Below are positions 1 through 8,698 of a DNA stretch of 64,000 nucleotides, piece after piece. The notes under the pieces are model-generated. The model was not told the origin of the DNA and did no database searches. It saw only the letters and a list, made by a program, of their open reading frames with translations. Within the stretch, counting starts at the first letter, position 1. Every line of letters begins with the position of its first letter. The stretch comes from an uncultured delta proteobacterium (GTDB lineage Bacteria > Myxococcota_A > Polyangia > Palsa-1104). The stretch lies in contig CAWAWS010000015.1 in NCBI GenBank assembly GCA_963785725.1, forward strand, positions 96,001-160,000, in the 5' to 3' direction. Position numbers and translations under genes: made by a program.

Positions 1-425
1 TGATACGCGGCAACCCCGAGCGCTTGTACTTCGCCTTGCGTCTTCGGATCGGTCACTTTGCCGGTCTGGTAGATGTTCTCGAGATTGAAGCCCACGTAAT
101 ACTGCGATTCACCGTTCGGCGCCGTGGCCACCAACGTCGCCCAGCAATAAAAGGCGACAATCGGTCCGGCTTTGGTCGAGCCTTGAATCTGCCATTTGCC
201 CGCAGGCGGGCCGCCGTCGGGGCGCGAGTCGCTGCACGGATCGTCTCTGAATGGATTATTGGGATCTTTCAGGATCGATGTGTCGGGATAAATGCCTTCA
301 TTGGCGTTATAGAACTTGAATTGCAGTCCCGATAAATCCTGGCCGTACAAATAGGCCGGCGTATTCGTGCAGCCCGTTATGGCTAACGAACCCAAAAGAG
401 CGACGGTGAGCGACCATTTACGCAT
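1..425 (-). CDS. Uncharacterised lipoprotein, truncated by the window edge; last visible gene of the glucan operon (not in the ORF track)
   Basis: Manual translation from ATG 425: MRKWSLTVALLGSLAITGCTNTPAYLYGQDLSGLQFKFYNANEGIYPDTSILKDPNNPF..., open to the window edge. Lipobox ITG-C; GAGGAG RBS overlapping the upstream gene's stop. Confidence 0.8.
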   Translation of the reverse strand, partial: MRKWSLTVALLGSLAITGCTNTPAYLYGQDLSGLQFKFYNANEGIYPDTSILKDPNNPFRDDPCSDSRPDGGPPAGKWQIQGSTKAGPIVAFYCWATLVATAPNGESQYYVGFNLENIYQTGKVTDPKTQGEVQALGVAAY

Positions 426-433
426 GTGGCTCC

Positions 434-3400
434 TCACAGGCTAAGACGCACATAAGCGCCGATTTCGTATTCGAGACCGGCCGGGCCGGCCACCATCGGA
501 GTGATGTAGTTCTCCGAAAATTGGTCGAGCGTACGCACTTGCGCGCGCAGACCGATTCGCGTGCCCAGCCATCCCGGGATGAGCGACGTGACCCCGTAAG
601 ACAGGTCGGTGTACCACTGCACGGGGAACGTCAGGTTGAAGTCGCGCTGGTAATCGTAAGGACCCCAGTCATTGAAGCGCAATTGATTCCACCAGAGCCA
701 GCTGTTGACCCAGATCTTTACCTCGCCGCCGACGCGATTGACGAGGCGGTCGCTAATGCCGCTCGACTGCTGCTGCCCGCCGAAGAGCATGCCGGCGATG
801 CGCACGCGATAGCGCGGGTTGGCTACGAAGCGGAACGTGACGTCCCAAACGTCGTGCGCTTTGGGCGCGCCGCCGAACGGCACCAGCGAGCCGTTGGCCA
901 AGATGCCGATGCCCGAGTCCTGCGACGTCGGCTGATGGCGATAGATGCCGTCGAGCGAGCAGGCGAAATGCGCGTCTTCGCGCAGCTCGCGATCCCAGTT
1001 CCAAAACCACGTCGCCGGCGTCGGGTCGTATACGAGCAGGAGCTCGGCGCCGACCGTCTCGCGATTGTCGCGCACGGCGAACGGATCGCTCAACACGTTG
1101 CGCGGCGCGACGCCCGGATAATAGAGCCCGCTGCTCTGGCTGAAATAGTCGGGAATCGACGGATTGGGGCCGATGAGCGGCTTTTGATAGAGGACTTTGG
1201 GCGCGACTTGGAACGGCCCAAAGCCCGCCGTCAAACCGGTCTCGCCGCCGAAATGGTTACCGCGGCCGCTCTCTTTCATCTGCCAATCGGTGAGCGTAAT
1301 CGTCGGATCGGGACCGCCGTCGGCGACGAGGCCGCGATATTGCGCCTGCAGGAACCAGCGCACGCGGTCGAAGTCGACGGTCAGCTTGGCTTTGGCGCCG
1401 AGCGCGTCGAGCCATTGAATCTTGTCGCGCATGACGTCTTCGCCGCTGTCCTGATAGCCGCGGCCATTGTCGTGCTTGACCCACACGAACGGCGTGCCGA
1501 CCTTGGTCTCGCCGGCCAAGATGCCGCCGAGCTGCAAGAGGACGCGCGGCAGATGCACTTCGATGCCGGCCGTCGTGCGCCGCGTCGGCGGCTCGCGGAT
1601 GACGGCGGAGGTCTGCGTGCCCGAGCCGTGCGCGATATCCTCTTCGTGCATGATCGTCGCGGTGATGGCGCCGAACGTGCGCGAATATTTGCCGATGACC
1701 TCCGGGTTGGCGCCCCAGTAAATCTCCGGGCCAATCGCTATCTTCAAACCCTCGAAGAATTGATGACCGGTGATGACGCCGCCAAACGGCGCAGTGCCGT
1801 TATAAATATCGAGGTTCGGTCCGTAATAGGCGTTTCGATAGAGGTAGAATAAGTCGCCCTCTTCGCCCCAGTGATAGTGGCCGGTGCGGTAATAACCGTC
1901 GATCGTGAACCACCTTTGATCGATCTTGAACTCCGCTTGATAGATGGCGACGCGCGACAGAGCGGTCGCCTGCTGCTGCGCCGTGAGCCCGCCCGTCGTC
2001 GTCGTCGCCGTCGTGCCCGCGGTCGTCGTCGTCGTCGTCGTCGTGCCGGCGGGCGGCGTCGTCGTCAAGTTCGTCGGCGCCGCGACGACGCGGCCGCGGT
2101 TCTCGTAGAAAATAGGATCGAGGCGGTTCTCGGCGACGTTGCCGAGAATATTGACCGAGACACGCGCGTAGACCTTCGCCGACGGCTGCAGCACGAAGTC
2201 GGTATAGAGCGACTCGGTATGATCGAACACCGTCGTCGGCCCGCGCACCGTATATTGGTTGCCGCGGCTGGCCGACGCGTCGAAGTTCAAACGCACATTC
2301 GACAGCTTGAGCCACTCGAGGACATTGATGCGCGCCAGCGCTTCGTTCGACTGATAACGCGGCTCGAACTCGCTGATGTGTATTTGCGAGAAGAACGAGC
2401 GAATCTTGTCGAGCGTCGTCTCCGGCGCATAAGGATCGAGCTTGAAGGCCGCTTGCAGGACGTAATAGGCCGTGCGCGGACGGACACGATAGAGCCCGCG
2501 TGCATCGGAGTGGCCGAGCGCGGTAATGCCGAACCACTCCTCGTTCATATTGTTTTCGCCGGGCTGATAATCGAACGGATATCCGGCGTTCGACCAGGTG
2601 GCGATGGTGTCGTGGACCTCGAGGTTCTTCTCTTGTCCGACTTTCCACCAGCCGTCGACCCATTGGAAGATGAAGCCGCCGATGGCGTTCTGCGTGCGCC
2701 CTTTGCCGTAGCTCTGCTCGTAAATCTCTTCCCACTGCGCCAATTCGATATCGGCCTGCGCCTGCGCGTCCTCTTGTCCGGTCTTGGCGTTGAATGCGTC
2801 GGAGCCGAACTCGGAATACATGACCGGGATATTGCCGAGGTGCTGCTTGACCTGATCGAAGAGGTCGCGCGACGTCGGTCCGCGATAGACGTTGGTGCCG
2901 AAGATGTCGAGCCCCTTACAGAACTTCGCGATCAAGTCGAGATAGCCGGCGTCGCCGTTGACGAGCGAAACCGGGTGCGAAGTATCCTTGGCCTTGATCG
3001 TCTTGATGCCCTCGCCCATGAGCGAATACAGGTGCGCGGCGCGCGCGTCTTCACGACTGACCGGGAGATTGCCGATTTCGAAGCCGGTCCAGGCCAAGCC
3101 GTAGTTGTTTTCGTTGCCGAGCATCCACATGAGCACACCGGGCGTGTCGTGGAAGCGGTCGACGGCGGCGTCGAGCTGCGCCAAGATCGCCTTGCGCTGC
3201 GCCGGCGACGAATAGTCGGTATTGGCGACGAAACCGCCGTTTACGTCGATACCGTAACGACCCATGAGCGGGTTGAGCACGGTATAGATTCCGTAATGCA
3301 TGAAAATCCACGAGACCCAGCGCGGCGGGATATCGACATATTGGCGAATGGCATTGACGCCCATGTCGCGCAAGAGCGGCATATCGCGGTTCAACGCCTC

Positions 3401-3616
3401 TTCGATGACGTCGTCCGGTTGCGCCCATAAGCTGTAGCTGTAGTTCTGGCCGATCGGCGTATACGACCAGTTCATTCCCTTGACGAGAAAGTCCTTGCCG
3501 TTGACGACCAGCTTAGAGCCGCGGTCGTCGTTGATGACTTGGATCTGTTGCGGCGCCGCGTCGACCCGACTAGCAGCACCGACGAGCAGGCTTAGAGCTA
3601 GGATATAGCGTTTCAT
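434..3616 (-). CDS. Secreted clan GH-A glycoside hydrolase (GH158/GH2-like TIM barrel, probable beta-1,3-glucanase) fused to a C-terminal probable outer-membrane beta-barrel
   Basis: True start MKRYILALSLL (ATG 3616, ATGA overlap with the GH1 stop); signal peptide; GVNAIRQY; acid/base LGNENNY and nucleophile YSEFGSD. About 620 C-terminal residues are aromatic/Gly-rich with alternating strands and end EYEIGAYVRLSL. Confidence 0.8.
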   Translation of the reverse strand: MKRYILALSLLVGAASRVDAAPQQIQVINDDRGSKLVVNGKDFLVKGMNWSYTPIGQNYSYSLWAQPDDVIEEALNRDMPLLRDMGVNAIRQYVDIPPRWVSWIFMHYGIYTVLNPLMGRYGIDVNGGFVANTDYSSPAQRKAILAQLDAAVDRFHDTPGVLMWMLGNENNYGLAWTGFEIGNLPVSREDARAAHLYSLMGEGIKTIKAKDTSHPVSLVNGDAGYLDLIAKFCKGLDIFGTNVYRGPTSRDLFDQVKQHLGNIPVMYSEFGSDAFNAKTGQEDAQAQADIELAQWEEIYEQSYGKGRTQNAIGGFIFQWVDGWWKVGQEKNLEVHDTIATWSNAGYPFDYQPGENNMNEEWFGITALGHSDARGLYRVRPRTAYYVLQAAFKLDPYAPETTLDKIRSFFSQIHISEFEPRYQSNEALARINVLEWLKLSNVRLNFDASASRGNQYTVRGPTTVFDHTESLYTDFVLQPSAKVYARVSVNILGNVAENRLDPIFYENRGRVVAAPTNLTTTPPAGTTTTTTTTAGTTATTTTGGLTAQQQATALSRVAIYQAEFKIDQRWFTIDGYYRTGHYHWGEEGDLFYLYRNAYYGPNLDIYNGTAPFGGVITGHQFFEGLKIAIGPEIYWGANPEVIGKYSRTFGAITATIMHEEDIAHGSGTQTSAVIREPPTRRTTAGIEVHLPRVLLQLGGILAGETKVGTPFVWVKHDNGRGYQDSGEDVMRDKIQWLDALGAKAKLTVDFDRVRWFLQAQYRGLVADGGPDPTITLTDWQMKESGRGNHFGGETGLTAGFGPFQVAPKVLYQKPLIGPNPSIPDYFSQSSGLYYPGVAPRNVLSDPFAVRDNRETVGAELLLVYDPTPATWFWNWDRELREDAHFACSLDGIYRHQPTSQDSGIGILANGSLVPFGGAPKAHDVWDVTFRFVANPRYRVRIAGMLFGGQQQSSGISDRLVNRVGGEVKIWVNSWLWWNQLRFNDWGPYDYQRDFNLTFPVQWYTDLSYGVTSLIPGWLGTRIGLRAQVRTLDQFSENYITPMVAGPAGLEYEIGAYVRLSL
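1990..2065 (-). repeat. ACG trinucleotide-rich tract encoding a Thr-rich loop (TTTPPAGTTTTTTTTAGTTATTTT)
   Basis: Run of gtc/cgt repeats on the + strand inside the GH-barrel gene. Confidence 0.8.
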
Positions 3617-5007
3617 CGTTGTAGCACTCGGCGGCGGGCGTGCTCGGCGTGGGGCGCGAGCGCGGGCAGTTGATTGCTGGTGATGATATCGCGGAAGAGC
3701 GCGGCCGATTCTTTGGGCGTACGCTGCTGATTCGTGTAATCGACCCAAATGACGCCGAAACGCTTCCGATATCCCTCTTGCCACTCGTAATTATCGAGCA
3801 GTGACCAAATGAAATAGCCGGCTAAGGGGACGCCGGCGGCGATCGCGTCCAAACACGCGCCCAAATGCGAATGAATGAAGCGCTGGCGCTCGATGTCGTG
3901 CACGCGGCCGTGCTCGTCGGGCGCGGTGTCGTAAGCGGCGCCGTTCTCGGTAATGTAGATGGGACCGGGCGCGTAATCCTCATGCACGCGAATGAGCAGC
4001 TGGCGCAGCCCGTCGGGATAGACCTCCCAGCCGATGTCGGTGCGATCGTCGGAGACGTGCACGGTGCGCGGCGAATTCTCGGGCGCGTCCGCGCGTAAAA
4101 CCGCGCGCGAGTAATAGTTGATGCCGAGGAAGTCGGTCTTGACGGCGCAGGCCTCGAGGTCGCCGGGCAGTACGAACGGCAACTCGTGCGACTGCAAGTG
4201 GCCGGCGGTGACGAAGTCGGCGATGACGTCGCGCGGATAGCCTTTGCCGTAGAGCGGATCGAGGAACCAGCGGTTGAAGCTGCCGTCGAAGGCGCGCGTG
4301 GCATCGGCGTCGAGCAGGCTCGGCGACGCCGGCTCGGCCGGCACGAGGTTGAGCGTGATGCCGACCTCGGCGCCGGGCGCGTTGGCGCGAATGACCGGCA
4401 CCGCCAAGCCGTGTGACAGCAGCAGATGGTGCGACGCCGCCAGCGCCGCCGGCCAATCTTTGCGGCCGGGTGCGTGCAAACCCTGGCCGTAGCCGAGCAC
4501 GCTGATGCACCACGGCTCATTGTGCGTGATGAAGCGGCGCACGCGATCGCCGAGCAGGTCGGTGACGACGTCGGCGTATTCGACGAAGGCGTCGACCGTC
4601 GCGCGGTTGGCCCAGCCGCCTTGATCCTCGAGCGGCTGCGGCAGATCCCAGTGATACAGCGTCACCATCGGCTCGATGCCCGCGCTCAACAGGCCGTCGA
4701 CGAGCTTGTCGTAGTAGTCGAGCCCGGCGGCGTTGACCTGATAGCGGCCGGTGGGGATGATGCGCGGCCAGGCCACCGAGAAGCGGTAGGAGCCGATGCC
4801 GAGCCACTTCATGAGCTCGATGTCGCGCGGCCACAAGTGATAGTGGTCGCAGGCCACCGAGCCGTCGCTGCCGTCGGCGATGGCGCCCGGCTGCCTGGCG
4901 AAGCGATCCCAGATCGACTCGCCGCGGCCGTCGGCATGACTGGCGCCTTCGATTTGGTAGGACGACGTAGCGGCTCCCCAAAGGAAGCCGTCAGGGAAGC
5001 GCAGCAT
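3613..5007 (-). CDS. GH1 beta-glucosidase (cytoplasmic)
   Basis: Start MLRFPDGFLWGAATSSYQIEG (ATG 5007, GGAG RBS); THNEP acid/base and ITENG nucleophile motifs; WSLLDNYEW. Confidence 0.95.
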   Translation of the reverse strand: MLRFPDGFLWGAATSSYQIEGASHADGRGESIWDRFARQPGAIADGSDGSVACDHYHLWPRDIELMKWLGIGSYRFSVAWPRIIPTGRYQVNAAGLDYYDKLVDGLLSAGIEPMVTLYHWDLPQPLEDQGGWANRATVDAFVEYADVVTDLLGDRVRRFITHNEPWCISVLGYGQGLHAPGRKDWPAALAASHHLLLSHGLAVPVIRANAPGAEVGITLNLVPAEPASPSLLDADATRAFDGSFNRWFLDPLYGKGYPRDVIADFVTAGHLQSHELPFVLPGDLEACAVKTDFLGINYYSRAVLRADAPENSPRTVHVSDDRTDIGWEVYPDGLRQLLIRVHEDYAPGPIYITENGAAYDTAPDEHGRVHDIERQRFIHSHLGACLDAIAAGVPLAGYFIWSLLDNYEWQEGYRKRFGVIWVDYTNQQRTPKESAALFRDIITSNQLPALAPHAEHARRRVLQR

Positions 5008-6019
5008 GATCGGCGACTCCTTCGGCTGAATACAGGTGGCAGCGCACGACGTGGTCGGCGCCAAGAACGCGCGGCTCGGGCAACAATCGCCGGCAGCGCG
5101 CCAAGACATGAGGACAGCGAGGCGCGAACGGACAGCCTTCCGGCGCCGGCGCGGCTTCGGCGGGCGCAGCCTCGGCCAACTCGGGCGCGTCGGCTTCGCG
5201 GATGGGCCCGTCGCCTGAGCGCGGCGCGGCCGCCAACAAGAGGCGCGTGTACGGATGCGCCGGCGCCGACAGGACCGTCGCCGTCGGCCCGGCCTCGACG
5301 AGGCGGCCGGCATACAAGACGAGCACGCGGTTGGCGACGGCGGCCGCCGACGCGAGGTCGTGCGTGATGAAGAGGATGGCGAGGCGGCGATCGTCGGCCA
5401 GCTTGCGCAACAGCGCGAGCACGCCGGCGCGCGTCGAGACGTCGAGCATCGAGGTCGGCTCGTCGGCGACGATGATCTCGGGATCGGCGGCGAGCGCGCG
5501 GGCGATGGCGACGCGCTGACGCTGCCCGCCCGACAAGGCGTGCGGCCGCCGCGTCAACAGCGCCGCGTCGAGCCCGACGCTCGTGAGCAGCTCGCCCGAG
5601 CGCGTCGTCCGCTCGGCCGCCGACAGCTTGGTATGCAGCGCCAGCGGCCGCTCGATGTGGTGCGCCACGGTGTGCACCGGGTTCAGCGACGCGAACGGAT
5701 CCTGGAAGACGAGCTGCACGCGCCGGTCACAGCCGGCGCGGCGCGGCTGACCATCGATGAGCACGTGGCCCGACTCGGCCTGCAGCAAGCCGGCGACGAC
5801 GCGGCCGAGCGTCGACTTGCCGCTGCCCGACTCGCCGACGAGCGCGACCACCTCGCCGGCGGCGACCTCGAGGGAGACGCCGTCCAAGATGCGGCGGCGC
5901 GACGGCCAAAAGCCCGAGCCGTCGGGCACGGAGGTGACGACGTCGCGCACGGCCAGCTTCGCCGTCGTCACCAGCGACTTGCCTTTGCCGTGCTTCGGCT
6001 TCCCGTCGAATCGCGTCAT
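4991..6019 (-). CDS. Opp/Dpp-family ABC transporter ATP-binding subunit (OppF/DppF-like)
   Basis: Walker A GESGSGKS, LSGGQRQR signature, DEPT, C-terminal GCPFAPRC...C motif. Confidence 0.93.
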   Translation of the reverse strand: MTRFDGKPKHGKGKSLVTTAKLAVRDVVTSVPDGSGFWPSRRRILDGVSLEVAAGEVVALVGESGSGKSTLGRVVAGLLQAESGHVLIDGQPRRAGCDRRVQLVFQDPFASLNPVHTVAHHIERPLALHTKLSAAERTTRSGELLTSVGLDAALLTRRPHALSGGQRQRVAIARALAADPEIIVADEPTSMLDVSTRAGVLALLRKLADDRRLAILFITHDLASAAAVANRVLVLYAGRLVEAGPTATVLSAPAHPYTRLLLAAAPRSGDGPIREADAPELAEAAPAEAAPAPEGCPFAPRCPHVLARCRRLLPEPRVLGADHVVRCHLYSAEGVADHAALP

Positions 6020-7719
6020 CGGCGGCTCCCTCCGGCCGTTGACGGCTGGGCCGGCAGCGACGGGAATGACGACAACAGCATGCGCGTGTAGGCGTGCCGT
6101 TCGGGCGCGTGCAGCTCGGACGTCGGCGCCAGATCGAGCAGCTTGCCGCCATGCAGGACACCCACGCGCGACGCCAGCTGCATCACCAGCGGTAGATCGT
6201 GGGTAATGAACAGCACCGCGAAGCCGAGCCGCTTTTGCAGCGTCACCAGCCGCTCGAGAATCTGCCGCTGCACGACGACGTCGAGCGCCGTCGTCGGCTC
6301 GTCGAGGATGATGAGCTTCGGCTCGAGCGCCAGCGCCAGCGCCAGGCCGACGCGCTGGCGCATGCCGCCCGACAGCTGATGCGGCCAGGCGTCGACGAGG
6401 CGCGGCTCGAGCCCGACCATCGACAGCAGCGCCTGGGCGCGCTTGCGGGCGGCGGCGCGGTCGACGCGCTCATGGGCGGCGATGGTGTCGATGATCTGCG
6501 CGCCGACGGTGAGGACGGGGTTGAGCGCGCTCATGGCGCTCTGAAAGACCATCGACGCCTCGAGCCAGCGCCAGCGCCGCAAGGCCTCGCCCGACAAGGC
6601 GCGCACGTCCGCGCCGGCGACGACGAGCTGCCCGCCGATGGCGGCGTCTTCGGGCAGTAGGCCGAGCAGCGCGTGGCCGATCGTCGACTTGCCGCTGCCC
6701 GACTCGCCGACGAGCCCGAAGATCTCGCCGGCGGCGATGTCGAAGCTGACGTCGTCGACGACCTTGGCGCCGTTGGCATAAGCGACGGTCAGGTCGCGGA
6801 TGCGCACGAGCGGGCCGTCGGCCGCCATCGGCGCCGGCTTCGTCGCGGCCGACAGCGGCTCGGGTTGGCGGCGGCGCGCGCGCTGCGCCAGGCGCGGGTT
6901 GGTGACGGCGTCGAGCGCGAAGCTGACCAGCGTCAGCGCGAAGCCGAGCAGGGCCACGCACAACCCGGCCGGCACGAACGTCCACCAGGCGCCGGTGAGC
7001 AGCGCCGAGTCGTTGCTGGCCCAATACAGATTCGTGCCCCAGGTGACGGCGCCCAAGTCGCCGAGGCCGAGGAACTCGAGGCCGACCGACGCGCCGATGG
7101 CGTACAGCGTCGTGCCCACGAACGACGACGCCACGAGCGACGCCAGATTGGGCAGGATCTCGACGGCGATGATGCGCCAGCGCGGCTCGCCCGCCAGCGC
7201 CGCCGCCGCCACGAAGTCCTTTTGCCGCAAGGCCAGCGTCTCGGCGCGGAAGACGCGCGCGCCCCAAGCCCAGCCGGCCAAGGTCAGGACGACCGCCAGC
7301 CGAGTGGCGCCCGGCGGCAAGTAAGCGGCGAGCACGATGGCCAGCGGCAGGCCGGGAATGACCAAGAAGACGTTGGTCAAGACCGACGCGCCGTCGTCGA
7401 CGAGGCCGCCCAAGTAGCCGCCGCCGACGCCAATGATGACGCCCAACATCGTTACCAGGACGCCGACGGTGAGGCCGAGCGCCAGCGTCGCGCGTGCGCC
7501 GGCCAGCGTCTGCGCCAGCACGTCCTGCCCTTGGCCGCTCGTGCCCAGCCAGTGGTGCCACGACGGCGGCTGCAGCGGCACGTCGACGATGGCGCCGGCG
7601 TCGCCGGCGATGATGGGCCCGAACAGCGCCAGCAAGAGGAAGCCGCCGAGCAGCACGGCGCCGACGAGCGCGCGGCGATCCGCGAGCAGCCCCGAGCGCA
7701 TTTTGGCGACGCTAGCCAT
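6016..7719 (-). CDS. Fused Opp/Dpp-family permease (OppC-like) and ATP-binding domain (OppD-like)
   Basis: N-half HWLGT..GQDVL, TM helices, EAA-like loop and TNPRL; C-half GESGSGKS, LSGGMRQR, DEPTTALD; one continuous frame. Confidence 0.9.
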   Translation of the reverse strand: MASVAKMRSGLLADRRALVGAVLLGGFLLLALFGPIIAGDAGAIVDVPLQPPSWHHWLGTSGQGQDVLAQTLAGARATLALGLTVGVLVTMLGVIIGVGGGYLGGLVDDGASVLTNVFLVIPGLPLAIVLAAYLPPGATRLAVVLTLAGWAWGARVFRAETLALRQKDFVAAAALAGEPRWRIIAVEILPNLASLVASSFVGTTLYAIGASVGLEFLGLGDLGAVTWGTNLYWASNDSALLTGAWWTFVPAGLCVALLGFALTLVSFALDAVTNPRLAQRARRRQPEPLSAATKPAPMAADGPLVRIRDLTVAYANGAKVVDDVSFDIAAGEIFGLVGESGSGKSTIGHALLGLLPEDAAIGGQLVVAGADVRALSGEALRRWRWLEASMVFQSAMSALNPVLTVGAQIIDTIAAHERVDRAAARKRAQALLSMVGLEPRLVDAWPHQLSGGMRQRVGLALALALEPKLIILDEPTTALDVVVQRQILERLVTLQKRLGFAVLFITHDLPLVMQLASRVGVLHGGKLLDLAPTSELHAPERHAYTRMLLSSFPSLPAQPSTAGGSRR

Positions 7720-8695
7720 CCGCGCGCGTCCTCGGGTCGAGCCAGACGTACATGACGTCGACGGCGAAGTTGGCCGCCAGCACCGCCAGCGTGATCAGCA
7801 GAAACAGCCCTTGCATGAGCGCGTAGTCCTGATTGCGCACCGCCTGCACGAGCAGATAGCCGAGCCCCGGATACGAGAAGACGATCTCGGTGAGCAGCGA
7901 GCCCGAGAGCACGAAGCCGAGCGCCATGCCGAAGCCGGTGACGCTCGGCAAGAGCGCGTTGCGCGCGGCATAGCGCAGCAAAATGCGCGTCGGCGGCAGC
8001 CCTTTGGCCCACGCCAGGCGAATGAAGTCGGCGTCGAGCAGCGCCACCATCGTGTTGCGCATGCCGAGCATCCAGCCGCCGAGCGTCGCCAGCACCAGCG
8101 TCGCCGCCGGCAGCATGGCGTGCCGAAGCACGTCGCCAATGAAGTTGATGCTGGTCCAGTCCGGCTCGCGCGCGAGGCTGTAGGCGTGGCCGAGCGGAAA
8201 CCAGCGCAGCCCGTAGCCGAAAATGAGCAGCATCAGCATGGCGAGCCAGAAGTAGGGGACGGCGCCGAGGAGCGCGAGCGCCGGCGGCAAGGCCGTGTCG
8301 AGGATGCCGCCGCGACGCCAAGCCGCGAGCGCGCCGAGCAAGGTGCCGATGACGAAGGCGACGATGACGGCGGCGCCGGTCAAGGCCAGCGTCCAGCCGA
8401 GCCCGGTGGCGATGACGTCGGCGACCGGCACCGGATAATAGGCGATCGACAGCCCGAATTCGCCGCGCAAGAGATGGTGCCAATAGGCCGCGTACTGCGT
8501 CGCCAGCGAGCCTTGCGCGAAGCCGAGCGCCTCGCGCATCGCCAAGAGCGCCTCGGGCGACAGCTTGCCGCGCAGTCGCGCCAGCAGCGTCGTCGCCGGA
8601 TCGCCGGGCATGAGGCGCGGCAAGACGAAGCCGAGCGTCACCGCCGCCCAGGCCGCGACCGTGTACAAGCCGAGCCGACGCAGTAAGTAGCGCAT
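7712..8695 (-). CDS. Opp/Dpp-family ABC permease (OppB-like)
   Basis: MRYLLRRL, PGDP, AKGL EAA loop, EIVFSYPGLG, LDPR. Confidence 0.93.
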   Translation of the reverse strand: MRYLLRRLGLYTVAAWAAVTLGFVLPRLMPGDPATTLLARLRGKLSPEALLAMREALGFAQGSLATQYAAYWHHLLRGEFGLSIAYYPVPVADVIATGLGWTLALTGAAVIVAFVIGTLLGALAAWRRGGILDTALPPALALLGAVPYFWLAMLMLLIFGYGLRWFPLGHAYSLAREPDWTSINFIGDVLRHAMLPAATLVLATLGGWMLGMRNTMVALLDADFIRLAWAKGLPPTRILLRYAARNALLPSVTGFGMALGFVLSGSLLTEIVFSYPGLGYLLVQAVRNQDYALMQGLFLLITLAVLAANFAVDVMYVWLDPRTRADG

Positions 8696-8698
8696 CGC

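Noticed and set aside
24..335. 103-aa plus-strand ORF
   Set aside because: Shadow of the minus-strand lipoprotein, which has an RBS, a lipobox and operon context.
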